64,000 nucleotides of DNA from Candidatus Methylomirabilota bacterium (GTDB lineage: Bacteria > Methylomirabilota > Methylomirabilia > Rokubacteriales > CSP1-6), in assembly GCA_035764725.1 (NCBI GenBank), contig DASTYT010000097.1, positions 1,367 to 65,366 of the forward strand. The letters run 5' to 3'. Shown here piece after piece: positions 28,101 to 37,148 of the stretch (positions are counted from its first letter, which is position 1; the number at the start of each line of letters is the position of its first letter). The notes below the pieces were generated by a model. It saw nothing but the letters and a program-made list of their open reading frames with translations. It did not search any database and was not told where the DNA came from. Made by a program: the position numbers and the translations under genes.

Positions 28101-28315
28101 TCAGCATCGTGGTACTGACGCCCGTGGCCTTCTTCCCGAGGACGGGGATCGACGCCTACGCGCCCCTGGCCACCGTTTCCATCGGCGGGCTGGCCGTCGG
28201 CACGGTGCTCGCCCTCTACGTGGTGCCGGTGCTCCACACCTATACCGACGATCTGGCCAACCGTGCTCGCGCCGCCGTGCGCCGGTGGCGCCGTAGAGAG
28301 AGGGAGGCGCCATGA
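25112..28315 (+). CDS. cusA: heavy-metal efflux RND permease (CusA/CzcA family)
   Basis: 1066-aa 12-TM RND protein with HME-family N-terminus. RBS GAGGAGGGAG. Confidence 0.9.
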   Translation: MPSEGHESVHGRGNISRWSIEHPYTVIAFYLGVAVLAVLVIGFQMPRRMMPYVESPIVGVVSMMPGLSAEEMEIYFSKPIEERMVDLKNVHFVRSTSQEAFSIVSVEFWYGTDMKKALFDVQSLMNVVQADLPMTGANLKPSWVLAIDPLNIPVLTLAVRGDGYDPVQLRTLVENEIVNRLKVVKDVYSVVPFGGQKLQMQVVVDRDRLAAYKLTPLDVRNALDTQNVSRPAGTLTHGDRETLVRSDFRARGPEEIAAYPIASMDGRSVYLRDVAEVMETPREQRSLYRLNGKPAVEISIVQQPDASSVRVIEGVKAKLEEIQGDFPRLSFEVAYDNSTFVGFLMENMVEELALAVLLTGLVVLFFLGNVRGTLISVITIPVSLGMALLAMVPLGMTLNSSTLIGLLLSIGRLVDDSIIDLHSIERHLRMGKSPKEATVDGITEVRLAVLAITFMLCVALLPLAFSGGIVQFMFEGIVWAIILALLSSALVSFTLTALLAANLLRPHHEGAAKRRSLLERRVLDPSQRFLDRVEARYQGSLGWAIRNRFTVFAAAAAVVLVGVALYPRIGSEMMPLADVSQAFVQLEATPGTSFARTAEIAGQIEQLLLKQPEIVKVSAEIGFEPGGTYFTGYSMGSVNSAFMMLTLVDSSKRKRDIWQVMDGVRDAALRTIPGIRRLTIKEMGADVMASSAAPVQVILFGTDLERLSALGEQAGKLAEGIPGFHQVTTSWSQSLPQFHVVVDRARAQEIGLTVGEVADQTYYALKGGLTSEFYRLDNKRQFTVLVRYREDQRRDRADLEQVKVVGKKGEVVPLNSVARVEERLGPTLIEHDNFRRVVSVLGYYRKGGPPSMDLSMDLLMATHGKLELPPGYGVELRGDMTQMEESFQRLLRGLYLAVIFMFLLLVAQFRSLIEPFNMMFSLSLMLTGILGGLLLAHQTFSTVSILAVVILTGMMMTVAVLMIDLVLRLRAEGMPRDEAILTAAPIRLRPIVMTSLISIVVLTPVAFFPRTGIDAYAPLATVSIGGLAVGTVLALYVVPVLHTYTDDLANRARAAVRRWRRREREAP

Positions 28316-29733
28316 GCTCACGTGCGGGGAGCGGGTCGGCGGTTCTCAAGGTCGTGATGCTGGTCGTGCTGATTGCCGTAGGCTCGTGGGCTGTCCGCGC
28401 GAACCTCAAGCCGGATCGTCCGGCGATGGACGTGAGCATGCGGGTGACGTCGGGCAACACGCCCTTCCCGGTGTCCCTCGCGGCGGTCGAGCGTGGCCCC
28501 ATCGTCGGGACGGTCGTGTACACGGGGAGCGTGGCGCCGTTCAACGAGGAAGACGTCTTTCCACGGGTTACCGGCCGCATCGTCGAGATGCCCGTCTATC
28601 CGGGCGATGCGGTGCGGCCGGGTCAGGTGGTCGCGCGGCTCGACAGCGTGGAGCTCTCGAGCCGCGTGCGGGAGGCCGAGGCGGCGCTGGCCACAGCTCA
28701 GGCGAGTCGAGCGCAGATGGAGGCCGACCTGGTCGCGGCGCGGTACACGGTGGCCCAGATGGAGAAGGAGCTCGCCATGGTCGACGCCGACCTGAGCTAC
28801 GCGCGTTCCCAGGTCGCCCGCACCGAACGCCTCTACAACACCGGCGCCGTCTCCCGACAGGAGTACGAGAGCGACCGGGCGCTGGCAGCATCCACCGGCG
28901 CCAAACGCGATGCCGCCGCTGCCAAGCTCGAGCAAGCCCGGGCGAGCGAGATCGCGGCACGGAAGAAGCTCGAGGCGGCGGACTCCATGGTCTCGCAGAG
29001 CCAGGCGGTTTTGCGCACCGCGACCATAGTTCGCGACTACGTGGAGATCACCACGCCCAACGCGGGCTACGTGGTGAAGCGTCTCGTGGCGCCGGGCGTC
29101 CTCGTCCAGCCCGGGATGGCCATCCTCAAGGTCGCCCAGGTGGATCGCGTCCGGCTTCAAGCCAACGTCGGGGAGAAGGACGTGGCGTCCATCCGGGTCG
29201 GCTCGCCGGTGACGGTGACGACGACGGCCGCCGGCCAGCCTCCCATCGTCGCGCGCGTCACCGCGGTCTTCCCCTTCGTGGACCAGGGACCGCGGACGGC
29301 GGTGGTTGAGGCCCTCGTGAACAATCCCGGCCGCCGGTTCCTGCCGGGCCAGTACGTGAGCATGCAGTTCGTGACCGGCGAGCGAAAACAGGCGCTCACG
29401 GTTCCCCGCGGGGCGGTTAGCCGAATGGGCGGGAAGGGGACGATATGGGTGGTGAAGGATGGACGGGCCGAGCCCCAGCCGGTGACCACCGGGCTGGAAG
29501 GCCCCGAGCGGGTGGAGATCTCCCAGGGGCTCACGGGGGACGAACGGATCGTCCTCCGTGGTCACGAGGGGCTCTATGCCGGCGCGCGGGTCAGCGAGGC
29601 CTCGGGCGCCGCAACGGGCAGTCCGGACGAGTCCGGTTCGCAGAAGACGATGCCGGACATGCCCGGGATGCCGGGCATGAAAGGCGCAGACCCGGTCGCC
29701 ACGCCAAAGGAGGGGGATCATGTCGGCCATTAG
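28312..29733 (+). CDS. cusB: efflux RND periplasmic adaptor subunit with Met-rich C-terminal tail
   Basis: ATG overlaps the cusA stop (ATGA). Membrane-fusion-protein lipoyl / beta-barrel motifs. C-terminus MPDMPGMPGMKG...DHVGH. Confidence 0.85.
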   Translation: MSSRAGSGSAVLKVVMLVVLIAVGSWAVRANLKPDRPAMDVSMRVTSGNTPFPVSLAAVERGPIVGTVVYTGSVAPFNEEDVFPRVTGRIVEMPVYPGDAVRPGQVVARLDSVELSSRVREAEAALATAQASRAQMEADLVAARYTVAQMEKELAMVDADLSYARSQVARTERLYNTGAVSRQEYESDRALAASTGAKRDAAAAKLEQARASEIAARKKLEAADSMVSQSQAVLRTATIVRDYVEITTPNAGYVVKRLVAPGVLVQPGMAILKVAQVDRVRLQANVGEKDVASIRVGSPVTVTTTAAGQPPIVARVTAVFPFVDQGPRTAVVEALVNNPGRRFLPGQYVSMQFVTGERKQALTVPRGAVSRMGGKGTIWVVKDGRAEPQPVTTGLEGPERVEISQGLTGDERIVLRGHEGLYAGARVSEASGAATGSPDESGSQKTMPDMPGMPGMKGADPVATPKEGDHVGH

Positions 29734-31084
29734 GGTCGCTGAGAGCCGTCTTGCTTGCTACCTTTCCGCCGGCGGGATGACGATCGCCGTGCTGCTGCTC
29801 GTCGTCTCCGTCGCCGCCCAGCCGCTGCCGCGGATCGAGGGCCCATTGACGGTCGACCAGGCGGTGGACCTCGCGCGAGCGAGGAATCTGCGGCTCAAGG
29901 CCGCGAACGCCGACGCGCGCGTGATGGATTCCATGCGCCGCGAAGCCCTGGCGCCCTTCTGGCCGCAACTCTCCGCCAACGGCTATTTCAATGACCAGCG
30001 GATGGCGCCGAACGTGTTCACCTCCGTCGGAAACACCATGGCCCGTAACTACCAGGTCTTCAATGCGGATCAGACCAAGGACGCCAACTTTACCGCCATG
30101 TACCCCCTCTTCTCCGGGGGCCGCGACTACTACGGGTACCAGGCGGCGGCCCGGCGAGCCGAGGCGGGAGAGGAGATGCGGCGGGGGACAGAGGTCGACG
30201 TGGCGATGCAGGCGCGGCTCGACTACATTGCCGCGCTCCGCGAAGGCGAGAATCTGCGCGTGACCGGCGATCTGGTGCGCGGCATCGTGGAACGCCTGCG
30301 GGTAAGCCGAGAAGCCTTCGAGGCCGGCCGCGTCCCACGCTTCTACCTACTGCGGGATGAGGCCGAGCACGCCAACGCCATCCAGATGGAAGCCATGGCG
30401 CAAAGTCGGACGGAGCAGGCGCTGGTCGCGCTCAAGACGACCCTTGGCGTGGACCTCTCCTCGCCGATCACGCTGACCGATCGGCTGGAGTACGCCCCAG
30501 TATCCGTGTTCGTCGACGAGGGGATCCGGCAGGCGAGCGAGGCCCACCCCGAGATCAAGGCTGTCATCAAACAGCGGGAGGCGGCGCAGGCCGAGGTGCG
30601 CTCCGCTTACGGCAACTATTTCCCGCAGGTGGGGCTGAGCTACATGTACGACGGCCAGTGGCTCAAGAACCGAAATGAAAACTCCACGACGGCGAACGGA
30701 CATTCCGTCGGTGTCGTGGTGACGCTGCCGCTCTTCGACGGGTTTCTCCGCGAGAACGCGCTGAAGACGGCCAAGGCCAAGCTCGAGCGGGCCGAGCACG
30801 CCGAAGGGCTAATGCGCCAGCAGATCGCCCGAGACGTCAACCAGGCCGCCCTGATGCTGCGGGCGGCCCAGAAGAGCGTGGAGGCCAGCGAGAAGGGTCT
30901 CACGCAGGCGGAAGAGGAGTTCCGCGTCGTCAAGGAGCGTTTCGAGAGCGGGCGGGGGATACAGCTCGAGATCCTGGACGCGCAGGTGAGCGTCACCCGC
31001 GCACGGTTCAACTCGGTCTCGTCGCTCGCCGAGTTCAACAGCGCCCTGGCCATGTGGCTCAGGGCGACGGGCCGGGTCCGCTGA
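29720..31084 (+). CDS. cusC: TolC-family outer membrane efflux protein
   Basis: Two OEP repeats. Signal peptide begins at the internal Met (MTIAVLLLVVSVAA, about 29777). Overlaps the adaptor gene. Confidence 0.8.
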   Translation: MSAIRVAESRLACYLSAGGMTIAVLLLVVSVAAQPLPRIEGPLTVDQAVDLARARNLRLKAANADARVMDSMRREALAPFWPQLSANGYFNDQRMAPNVFTSVGNTMARNYQVFNADQTKDANFTAMYPLFSGGRDYYGYQAAARRAEAGEEMRRGTEVDVAMQARLDYIAALREGENLRVTGDLVRGIVERLRVSREAFEAGRVPRFYLLRDEAEHANAIQMEAMAQSRTEQALVALKTTLGVDLSSPITLTDRLEYAPVSVFVDEGIRQASEAHPEIKAVIKQREAAQAEVRSAYGNYFPQVGLSYMYDGQWLKNRNENSTTANGHSVGVVVTLPLFDGFLRENALKTAKAKLERAEHAEGLMRQQIARDVNQAALMLRAAQKSVEASEKGLTQAEEEFRVVKERFESGRGIQLEILDAQVSVTRARFNSVSSLAEFNSALAMWLRATGRVR

Positions 31085-31114
31085 CCCTGGCAATCATCAA
31101 CCACGGAGGACGAC

Positions 31115-31447
31115 ATGAACCGAGCAGGCCGCATTCTTGCTGGAGCTCTGGTGTTGACCTTCGTCATCGGCGCCACGGCATGGGGCGAGCAGAAGGTGAC
31201 GATCACGCGGGAGGAGAACAAACCGAAGAACGTCGACGTCAAGGTCGGCGAGGACGTGCGCTTCATCAACTTTTCGGCGCAGACGGCCCACGTGTGGTTC
31301 GGCGGGGAGGACGCGCCGCGGTTCTTCGTGCCTGCCGGCAGCGGGGGCGCCAAGGTGAAGTTCGAGAAGCCCGGCACCTACGAGTATTCGGTGCACATCA
31401 CGGGTGGCAAGGTCCACGCCCACACGGGAAGCGTGGTCGTGAAGTAA
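31115..31447 (+). CDS. small secreted cupredoxin-like protein (Cupredoxin_1-type, no Cys ligand)
   Basis: RBS GGAGGA. Signal peptide. KPGTYEYSVHITGGKVHAHTG motif. 30 bp after cusC. Confidence 0.55.
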   Translation: MNRAGRILAGALVLTFVIGATAWGEQKVTITREENKPKNVDVKVGEDVRFINFSAQTAHVWFGGEDAPRFFVPAGSGGAKVKFEKPGTYEYSVHITGGKVHAHTGSVVVK

Positions 31448-31576
31448 GCGGCGAACCGACAGCAGGAGGGGGCACAACGGCGTGTCACAATTGCTAGCGC
31501 AGGAGGTGGCGATGCGTGCGAGGAGAAGTGCCCTGGTCGGATGGCTGGGCGGGTTGGCGTCCGGCCGCGTCGTAGG

Positions 31577-33922
31577 ATGGATCCCATGACGAGCCATTCC
31601 GAGCACCGGCATAGCCATGCCCCGCGGGCGACGATGGCGAAGGATCCCGTGTGCGGCATGAACGTGACACCAGGAGAGGCCGGCGGAGGCCACGCGGAGC
31701 ATGCCGGACGGACTTACTGGTTTTGCTCGGCGTCGTGCCGGCAAAAGTTCACCGCCGATCCCGGCCGGTACATGGGTGCGCCCCCGCCTGCCGCCCCGCC
31801 GCCGGCCGACGAGCGCATCTACACCTGCCCGATGCACCCCGAGATCCGACAGAAAGGGCCGGGGACGTGCCCGAAGTGCGGCATGGCGCTCGAGCCGGTC
31901 GACGTGAGCGTGGAGGAGGGCCCGAGCGCCGAGCTCGCCGACATGACCCGGCGATTCTGGGTGAGCCTGGCTCTGACGGTGCCGGTTTTCCTGATCGCCA
32001 GCGGCGAGATGCTGACTCCGCGTCTCGTCGCACTCGTGAGCGGGTCGGCGCGGCTCTGGACCCAGCTCGTCCTCAGCGCGCTCGTGGTCCTCTGGGGCGG
32101 GTGGCCGTTCTTCGTCCGCGGCTGGCACTCCGTGGTGTCGCGCAGCCTCAACATGTTCACGCTGATCGCCCTGGGCACCGGGGCCGCGTTCGCCTACAGC
32201 GTCATCGCGGTTCTTGTACCGGACGCGCTGCCGCACGGCTTGCGTCACGATGGGCTGCCGCCAGTCTATTTCGAGGCAGCCGCCGTGATCACCACGCTCG
32301 TGCTGCTCGGCCAGGTGCTGGAGCTCCGGGCGCGGAGCGCCACCTCCGGCGCCATCCGCGCGCTGCTGGGGCTCGCCCCGAAGACGGCGCGGCGGGTGCG
32401 GCCCGACGGGGTGGAGGAGGACGTGCCCCTCGGCCACGTCCGGGTGAGCGATCGCCTGCGTGTACGGCCGGGCGAGCGCGTGCCCGTGGACGGCGTGGTG
32501 CTGGAAGGCCGGAGCGCGGTGGACGAGTCCATGATGACAGGGGAGTCGATCCCGGTGGAAAAGGGCTCGGGTGGTCGCGTCACGGGCGGGACAGTGAACG
32601 GCACGGGCAGCTTCGTGATGCGCGCGGAGCGGGTCGGCGCCGATACCCTCCTCGCACAAATCGTCCGGCTGGTCGCCGAGGCCCAGCGGAGCCGCGCCCC
32701 CATACAGCGCCTGGCCGATCTCGTCTCCGCCTGGTTCGTCCCGGCCGTCGTGGTGGTCGCGGTCGTGACCGCGGTGGTCTGGGCGACGGTCGGCCCCGAG
32801 CCGCGGCTGGCCTATGGCCTGGTCAATGCGGTGGCGGTGCTCATCATCGCGTGTCCCTGCGCGCTGGGACTTGCCACACCGATGTCGATCATGGTCGGCA
32901 CCGGCCGGGGCGCGCAGGCGGGTGCGCTCATCAAGAACGCCGAGGCGCTCGAGACGATGGAGCGCGTCGACACGGCGGTGATCGACAAGACGGGGACTCT
33001 GACCGAAGGCAAGCCGCGCCTGGTGTCGATGGTCGCCGCCGGTGGGCTGACCGAGGGCGACCTGCTCGCGCTGGCCGCGGGCCTCGAGCGAGAGAGCGAG
33101 CATCCGCTCGCCGACGCCATCCTGGCTGGCGCGGCCGAGCGTGGCGTGGTGCCCATCCCCGTGGCGGATTTCCGCTCCCTGACTGGTCGCGGCGTCACCG
33201 CGCGCGCCGGCGGCCGTCGCGTGGGGCTCGGCAATCAGCGACTGCTCGCGGAGCTCGGGGCAGAACCCGGGCCGCTGGCCGCGCGGGCCGAGGCGCTCCG
33301 CGCGGATGGCCAGACCGTCGTCTACTTGGTCACGGACGGCGGCGTGGGCGGCCTGCTCGGCGTGGCCGACCCCATCAAGGCCACCACGCCGGAGGCCGTT
33401 CGCGCGCTCCAGGCGGAAGGACTCCGCGTCGTGATGCTGACCGGGGACAGTCGGCTCACCGCCGAGGCAGTCGCCAAGCGGGTAGGTTTGGACGAGGTGC
33501 TGGCGGAGGTGCTGCCGGAGCAGAAAGCGGATGTCGTGCGCCGGCTGCAGGGAGAAGGGCGCATCGTCGCGATGGCCGGCGACGGGGTCAACGACGCGCC
33601 GGCGCTGGCCCAGGCGCACGTGGGCATCGCGATGGGGACCGGCACCGACGTCGCCATGGAGAGCGCCGGCGTCACCCTCGTGAAGGGCGATCTCCGTGGC
33701 ATCGTGCGGGTCCGGCGGCTCTCGCGGGCGACGATGCGCAACATTCGCCAGAACCTCATCTGGGCCTTCATCTACAACGTGCTCGGCGTGCCACTGGCGG
33801 CCGGCGTGCTCTACCCGGCCTTCGGCCTCCTGCTGAGCCCGGTCGTGGCGAGTGCCGCGATGACCTTCAGCTCCGTGTCGGTGATCGCCAACGCGCTCCG
33901 GCTACGCCGCGTGGCGTTGTAG
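31577..33922 (+). CDS. copA: Cu(I)-translocating P1B-type ATPase with YHS and CPxCG N-terminal metal-binding domains
   Basis: YHS (DPVCGMNV...FCSASC). [27 protein letters not shown] and MxxSS signatures. [15 protein letters not shown]. In-frame alternative starts at 31541 and 31586. Confidence 0.9.
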   Translation: MDPMTSHSEHRHSHAPRATMAKDPVCGMNVTPGEAGGGHAEHAGRTYWFCSASCRQKFTADPGRYMGAPPPAAPPPADERIYTCPMHPEIRQKGPGTCPKCGMALEPVDVSVEEGPSAELADMTRRFWVSLALTVPVFLIASGEMLTPRLVALVSGSARLWTQLVLSALVVLWGGWPFFVRGWHSVVSRSLNMFTLIALGTGAAFAYSVIAVLVPDALPHGLRHDGLPPVYFEAAAVITTLVLLGQVLELRARSATSGAIRALLGLAPKTARRVRPDGVEEDVPLGHVRVSDRLRVRPGERVPVDGVVLEGRSAVDESMMTGESIPVEKGSGGRVTGGTVNGTGSFVMRAERVGADTLLAQIVRLVAEAQRSRAPIQRLADLVSAWFVPAVVVVAVVTAVVWATVGPEPRLAYGLVNAVAVLIIACPCALGLATPMSIMVGTGRGAQAGALIKNAEALETMERVDTAVIDKTGTLTEGKPRLVSMVAAGGLTEGDLLALAAGLERESEHPLADAILAGAAERGVVPIPVADFRSLTGRGVTARAGGRRVGLGNQRLLAELGAEPGPLAARAEALRADGQTVVYLVTDGGVGGLLGVADPIKATTPEAVRALQAEGLRVVMLTGDSRLTAEAVAKRVGLDEVLAEVLPEQKADVVRRLQGEGRIVAMAGDGVNDAPALAQAHVGIAMGTGTDVAMESAGVTLVKGDLRGIVRVRRLSRATMRNIRQNLIWAFIYNVLGVPLAAGVLYPAFGLLLSPVVASAAMTFSSVSVIANALRLRRVAL

Positions 33923-33926
33923 CCCG

Positions 33927-35457
33927 CTACGGAGCAGCGCCCTCGGGGCGGGCGGCGACCGGGGAGTGGGCGTCGCGAGCGGCCCCGTTCGTCGGCGCAT
34001 GGATGTAGAGGTCGCCGGGGCGGGGCCGCGGCCCGCTCAGGACGGCGGGCGGGCGCATCGCGTAGGTGACCGGGCGGGCGTGGTCGCCGTACTGCCGGTC
34101 GGCGTTGTAAACGCGGCTGAACTTCCAGATGCTCTTGATGAAGTTAGTCTGCCCGTGGGCGAGGTGGCCGAGCATGATGCGGGCCGCGCCCCGCAGCGCC
34201 GACCAGCCCAGATGCTTGCGGTTGATCACGGCCTGGGTGCTCACGAGCTCCTCGTAGAACTTCCGCAGCGGCAGGCGCGTCGGCACCACCGCGTGCTGCA
34301 CGTCGAACAGCCGGTAGTCGAAGGTCGTCAGCCGGCGGGAATCGGTGAACCAGATCTCCGTGCCCGGGTACGGCGTGGTGACGGTGAGGTGGACGATTTC
34401 GGGCACGCTCAGCGCCCACTCGCGCACGAGCGCGAACTGCCGCTCATCCCAGTCCGGATCGGCGATGATGTTCACCGCGACGGTGAGGTCCAGCTCGCGA
34501 GCGACCTCGAGGGCGCGGAAGTTGTCGTTGGGTGTGATGCGCTTGCGGTGGGCCTTGAGCGTCTCCTCGTCGATCGCTTCCAGCCCCAGGAACATGTAGG
34601 TGAGACCGAGGCGCTTCCAGTAGGCGAAGAGCTCGCGGTTCCGCAGGAGCACGTCGCAGCGGGTCTCGAGGTAATACTCCTTGCGCACCCCGCGGCGCTC
34701 GATCTCCTGGCCGATGGCGTAGCCGTGCTCGGGGTGGACGAAGGCGACGTCGTCCACCAGGAACACGTTCGGCTCCTGGATGCGCGCCAGATCCTCGGCG
34801 GCCGCCTCCGCCGAGACCTTGCGGTAGCTCCGGCTGTAGAAGGTCCACGCGCTGCAAAACGAGCAGTCCCACGGACAGCCCCGCGTGAGCTCGGCGGAGG
34901 CGCACGGATCGAGGACGCCAATGAAGTACTTCCGCCGCCGCCGGGTGAGGTCACGCGCGGGCAGGAAGCGGTCGAGATCGTCGAGCAAGGTCGGCGCGGG
35001 GCCGGCGCCGTGACGCGTGACGATGCCGGGCAGCGTCTCGAGCCGGCGGTCGCCACGCGCTTCGAGCACCCGTGGCGTGATGACCTCGCCCTCCCCCCGG
35101 ACGATGCAGTCGAGGGCGCTCCCCGCATGGTCCAGCACCTCGGGCGCGATGAAGGAGACGCTGTGGCCTCCCGCGAAGATGAGCGCCTCGGGCCGGCGCC
35201 GGCGCGTCTCGCGCGCGAGGTCGATCACCTCGGGCACGTTGGCGAGATAGTTGACGGAGAACCCCACCGCGTCGGGCCGGAAGCTCTCCATCTCCCGCAT
35301 GAGGTCCGCGTGCGTGAAGATCTGCAGATCCACCAGCCGGACGTCGTGTCCGGCGGCGCGCACGGCGGCGGCGACCCGTTCGAGGCCGAGCGGCTCGAGG
35401 CGGAGGTAGATCTCGGAATACATCAGGGGACTGGGATGGACGAGCAGCACGCGCATG
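33927..35457 (-). CDS. B12-binding radical SAM protein
   Basis: N-terminal cobalamin-binding Rossmann region. CPWDCSFC radical-SAM cluster motif. RBS GGAGGA. Confidence 0.85.
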
Positions 35458-35581
35458 AAATGTCCTCCGCTTGTTGCGGCTGGCCGACATTGTACCGGAC
35501 GGTGCAACTCCCGTCGCCGAGACAATGTGGAGCGGAGGGAGAACTACTAGGATCTATGAGTTACGGGGCGCTCCGAAGCCG

Positions 35582-37018
35582 TCAGTATTCGCCCAGCAGG
35601 CGCTCCACCATCGCCTTCGCCGCCGCCCAGTCGTAGGAGCGGAACATGCGGCGATTCACCACCGGCTGGGCGGCGGAGTAGAACATCTCGTACTGGAGCT
35701 GACGGCCACCGTACTCGGTGCCGATCAGATCCCAGATGAGGCGCAGCAGCTTCACCCGGTCGCGCGCGGACGCCACCGTGGACCGATAGTAGCGCTCGGT
35801 GGCGGGCCGCGTGTCCTCGGCGAAGAAGGCCGCTTCGGATGACGGCAGCGTTTGGAACGCGCCGCCCGCCAGCTCGCGAATCGTCTTGTAGATGTCGCCG
35901 ATGAGCCGGCGCTGGAGGCTCATGCCCGCGTAGATGTACTGAGGATGGGGGCGCGCGTAGCCCTCGCTGATCAGCGGGAAGCGCTCCGCCGCTTTCACGA
36001 GCCCGTCGAAGGCGGCGCAGAAGGCGGCGAGGTCGCCGCCGAGCGTGGCCTGGGTGGTCGGATCGCCCTCGCCGTGACCCACCTCCACGAGCTTCAGCGC
36101 GAGCCCGGCCAAGAGCTCGAGCTTCACGCCGAAGCGCACCAGCGACTGGAAGTTGGCGGTGGTGTGGGCGGGCGACTCGTGGAACTGCGCGGTCACCAGA
36201 TCCACGTCCCCCTTCACGAAGACGTGCTCCCAGGGCACGAAGACGTCGTCGAACACCACCGTGGTGTCGACCTCGTCATAGCGGGACGAGAGCGGGTAGT
36301 CGTACACGCTCGTGGCCAGCGTGGCGTACGGACGGCGCGGCAGCAGCCGCAGCCCCGGCGCATTGACCGGCAGCACGAGCGAGATGGCGTAGTCCGTGTC
36401 GCCGGGCGCCAGCGGCGTGATGTAGCTCACGTAGAGCCAGTTCGCCATGGTCACCGAGGTGGCAATGGAGTGGGCGCCGCGGATCACGATGCCCGCGTCC
36501 CTCTCCTTCACGACGCCGGTGTGCAGGAACGGCTCGGGATGCTTGTGGGCGGGGGTCGAGCGGTCGATCTGGGGCGGCACGATGGCGTAGGCGACGTAGA
36601 GATCCTCGTCACGCGCCTTTTCGTAGAAGCGCACCACGTTGTCACCGAACTGCCGGCCGCCGCGGTCGAAGAGCTGGCGCCACCCGGCGAAGGCGGTGAG
36701 CACGGAGCCGACGTGATCGGGCGTACGCCCCATGAGGCCATAGGAGCCCTCCGCCCAGAAGCGGTGCACGGCGCGCCGGCGGCCGAGGTCCTCCGCGGTG
36801 CGGGGGATGAGCCACATGGCGCCGGTGCGCCGGCCGCTGGCGGGATCGACGCAGGTGTTGATCTCCGGCGCCTCGCGCGCGGCGTCGTAACGCTCGGCGA
36901 CGCGCTTCGCCGACTCCGCGAAGGCCGGATGCGTCGTGACATCGGCGACGCGCGCGCCGTCGAGGAAGACGGCGCGCCCGTCCCGCAGGCTCGCCAGGTA
37001 GTCCTTCCCCGTGCGCAT
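35582..37018 (-). CDS. 4-hydroxyphenylacetate 3-monooxygenase oxygenase-component family (HpaB-like flavin-dependent monooxygenase)
   Basis: N-terminus MRTGKDYLASLRDGR. 478 aa. Typical HpaB-family length and motifs. Confidence 0.8.
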   Translation of the reverse strand: MRTGKDYLASLRDGRAVFLDGARVADVTTHPAFAESAKRVAERYDAAREAPEINTCVDPASGRRTGAMWLIPRTAEDLGRRRAVHRFWAEGSYGLMGRTPDHVGSVLTAFAGWRQLFDRGGRQFGDNVVRFYEKARDEDLYVAYAIVPPQIDRSTPAHKHPEPFLHTGVVKERDAGIVIRGAHSIATSVTMANWLYVSYITPLAPGDTDYAISLVLPVNAPGLRLLPRRPYATLATSVYDYPLSSRYDEVDTTVVFDDVFVPWEHVFVKGDVDLVTAQFHESPAHTTANFQSLVRFGVKLELLAGLALKLVEVGHGEGDPTTQATLGGDLAAFCAAFDGLVKAAERFPLISEGYARPHPQYIYAGMSLQRRLIGDIYKTIRELAGGAFQTLPSSEAAFFAEDTRPATERYYRSTVASARDRVKLLRLIWDLIGTEYGGRQLQYEMFYSAAQPVVNRRMFRSYDWAAAKAMVERLLGEY

Positions 37019-37148
37019 GCCGAAACCCTCGCACACGCGGTGGGCGCGGGCAAGGGACGCAAAGCTCACCGACACGGGGCGCATGAGTTGTGTAGTCTCC
37101 TCCTGGAGCGGACGTGACGTGCGCATCGACAACCAGGAGACCAGGACC

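Noticed and set aside
31097-33619. 840-aa minus ORF antisense to copA
   Set aside because: copA has complete P-type ATPase signatures. The antisense frame is Arg/His/Gly-rich.
35458-35581. Possible cobalamin riboswitch upstream of the B12-radical-SAM gene
   Set aside because: The intergenic region is only 124 nt and lacks B12-box-like sequence. It has a TTGCAC/TACAAT pair but the spacer is 7 bp, so it is non-functional.
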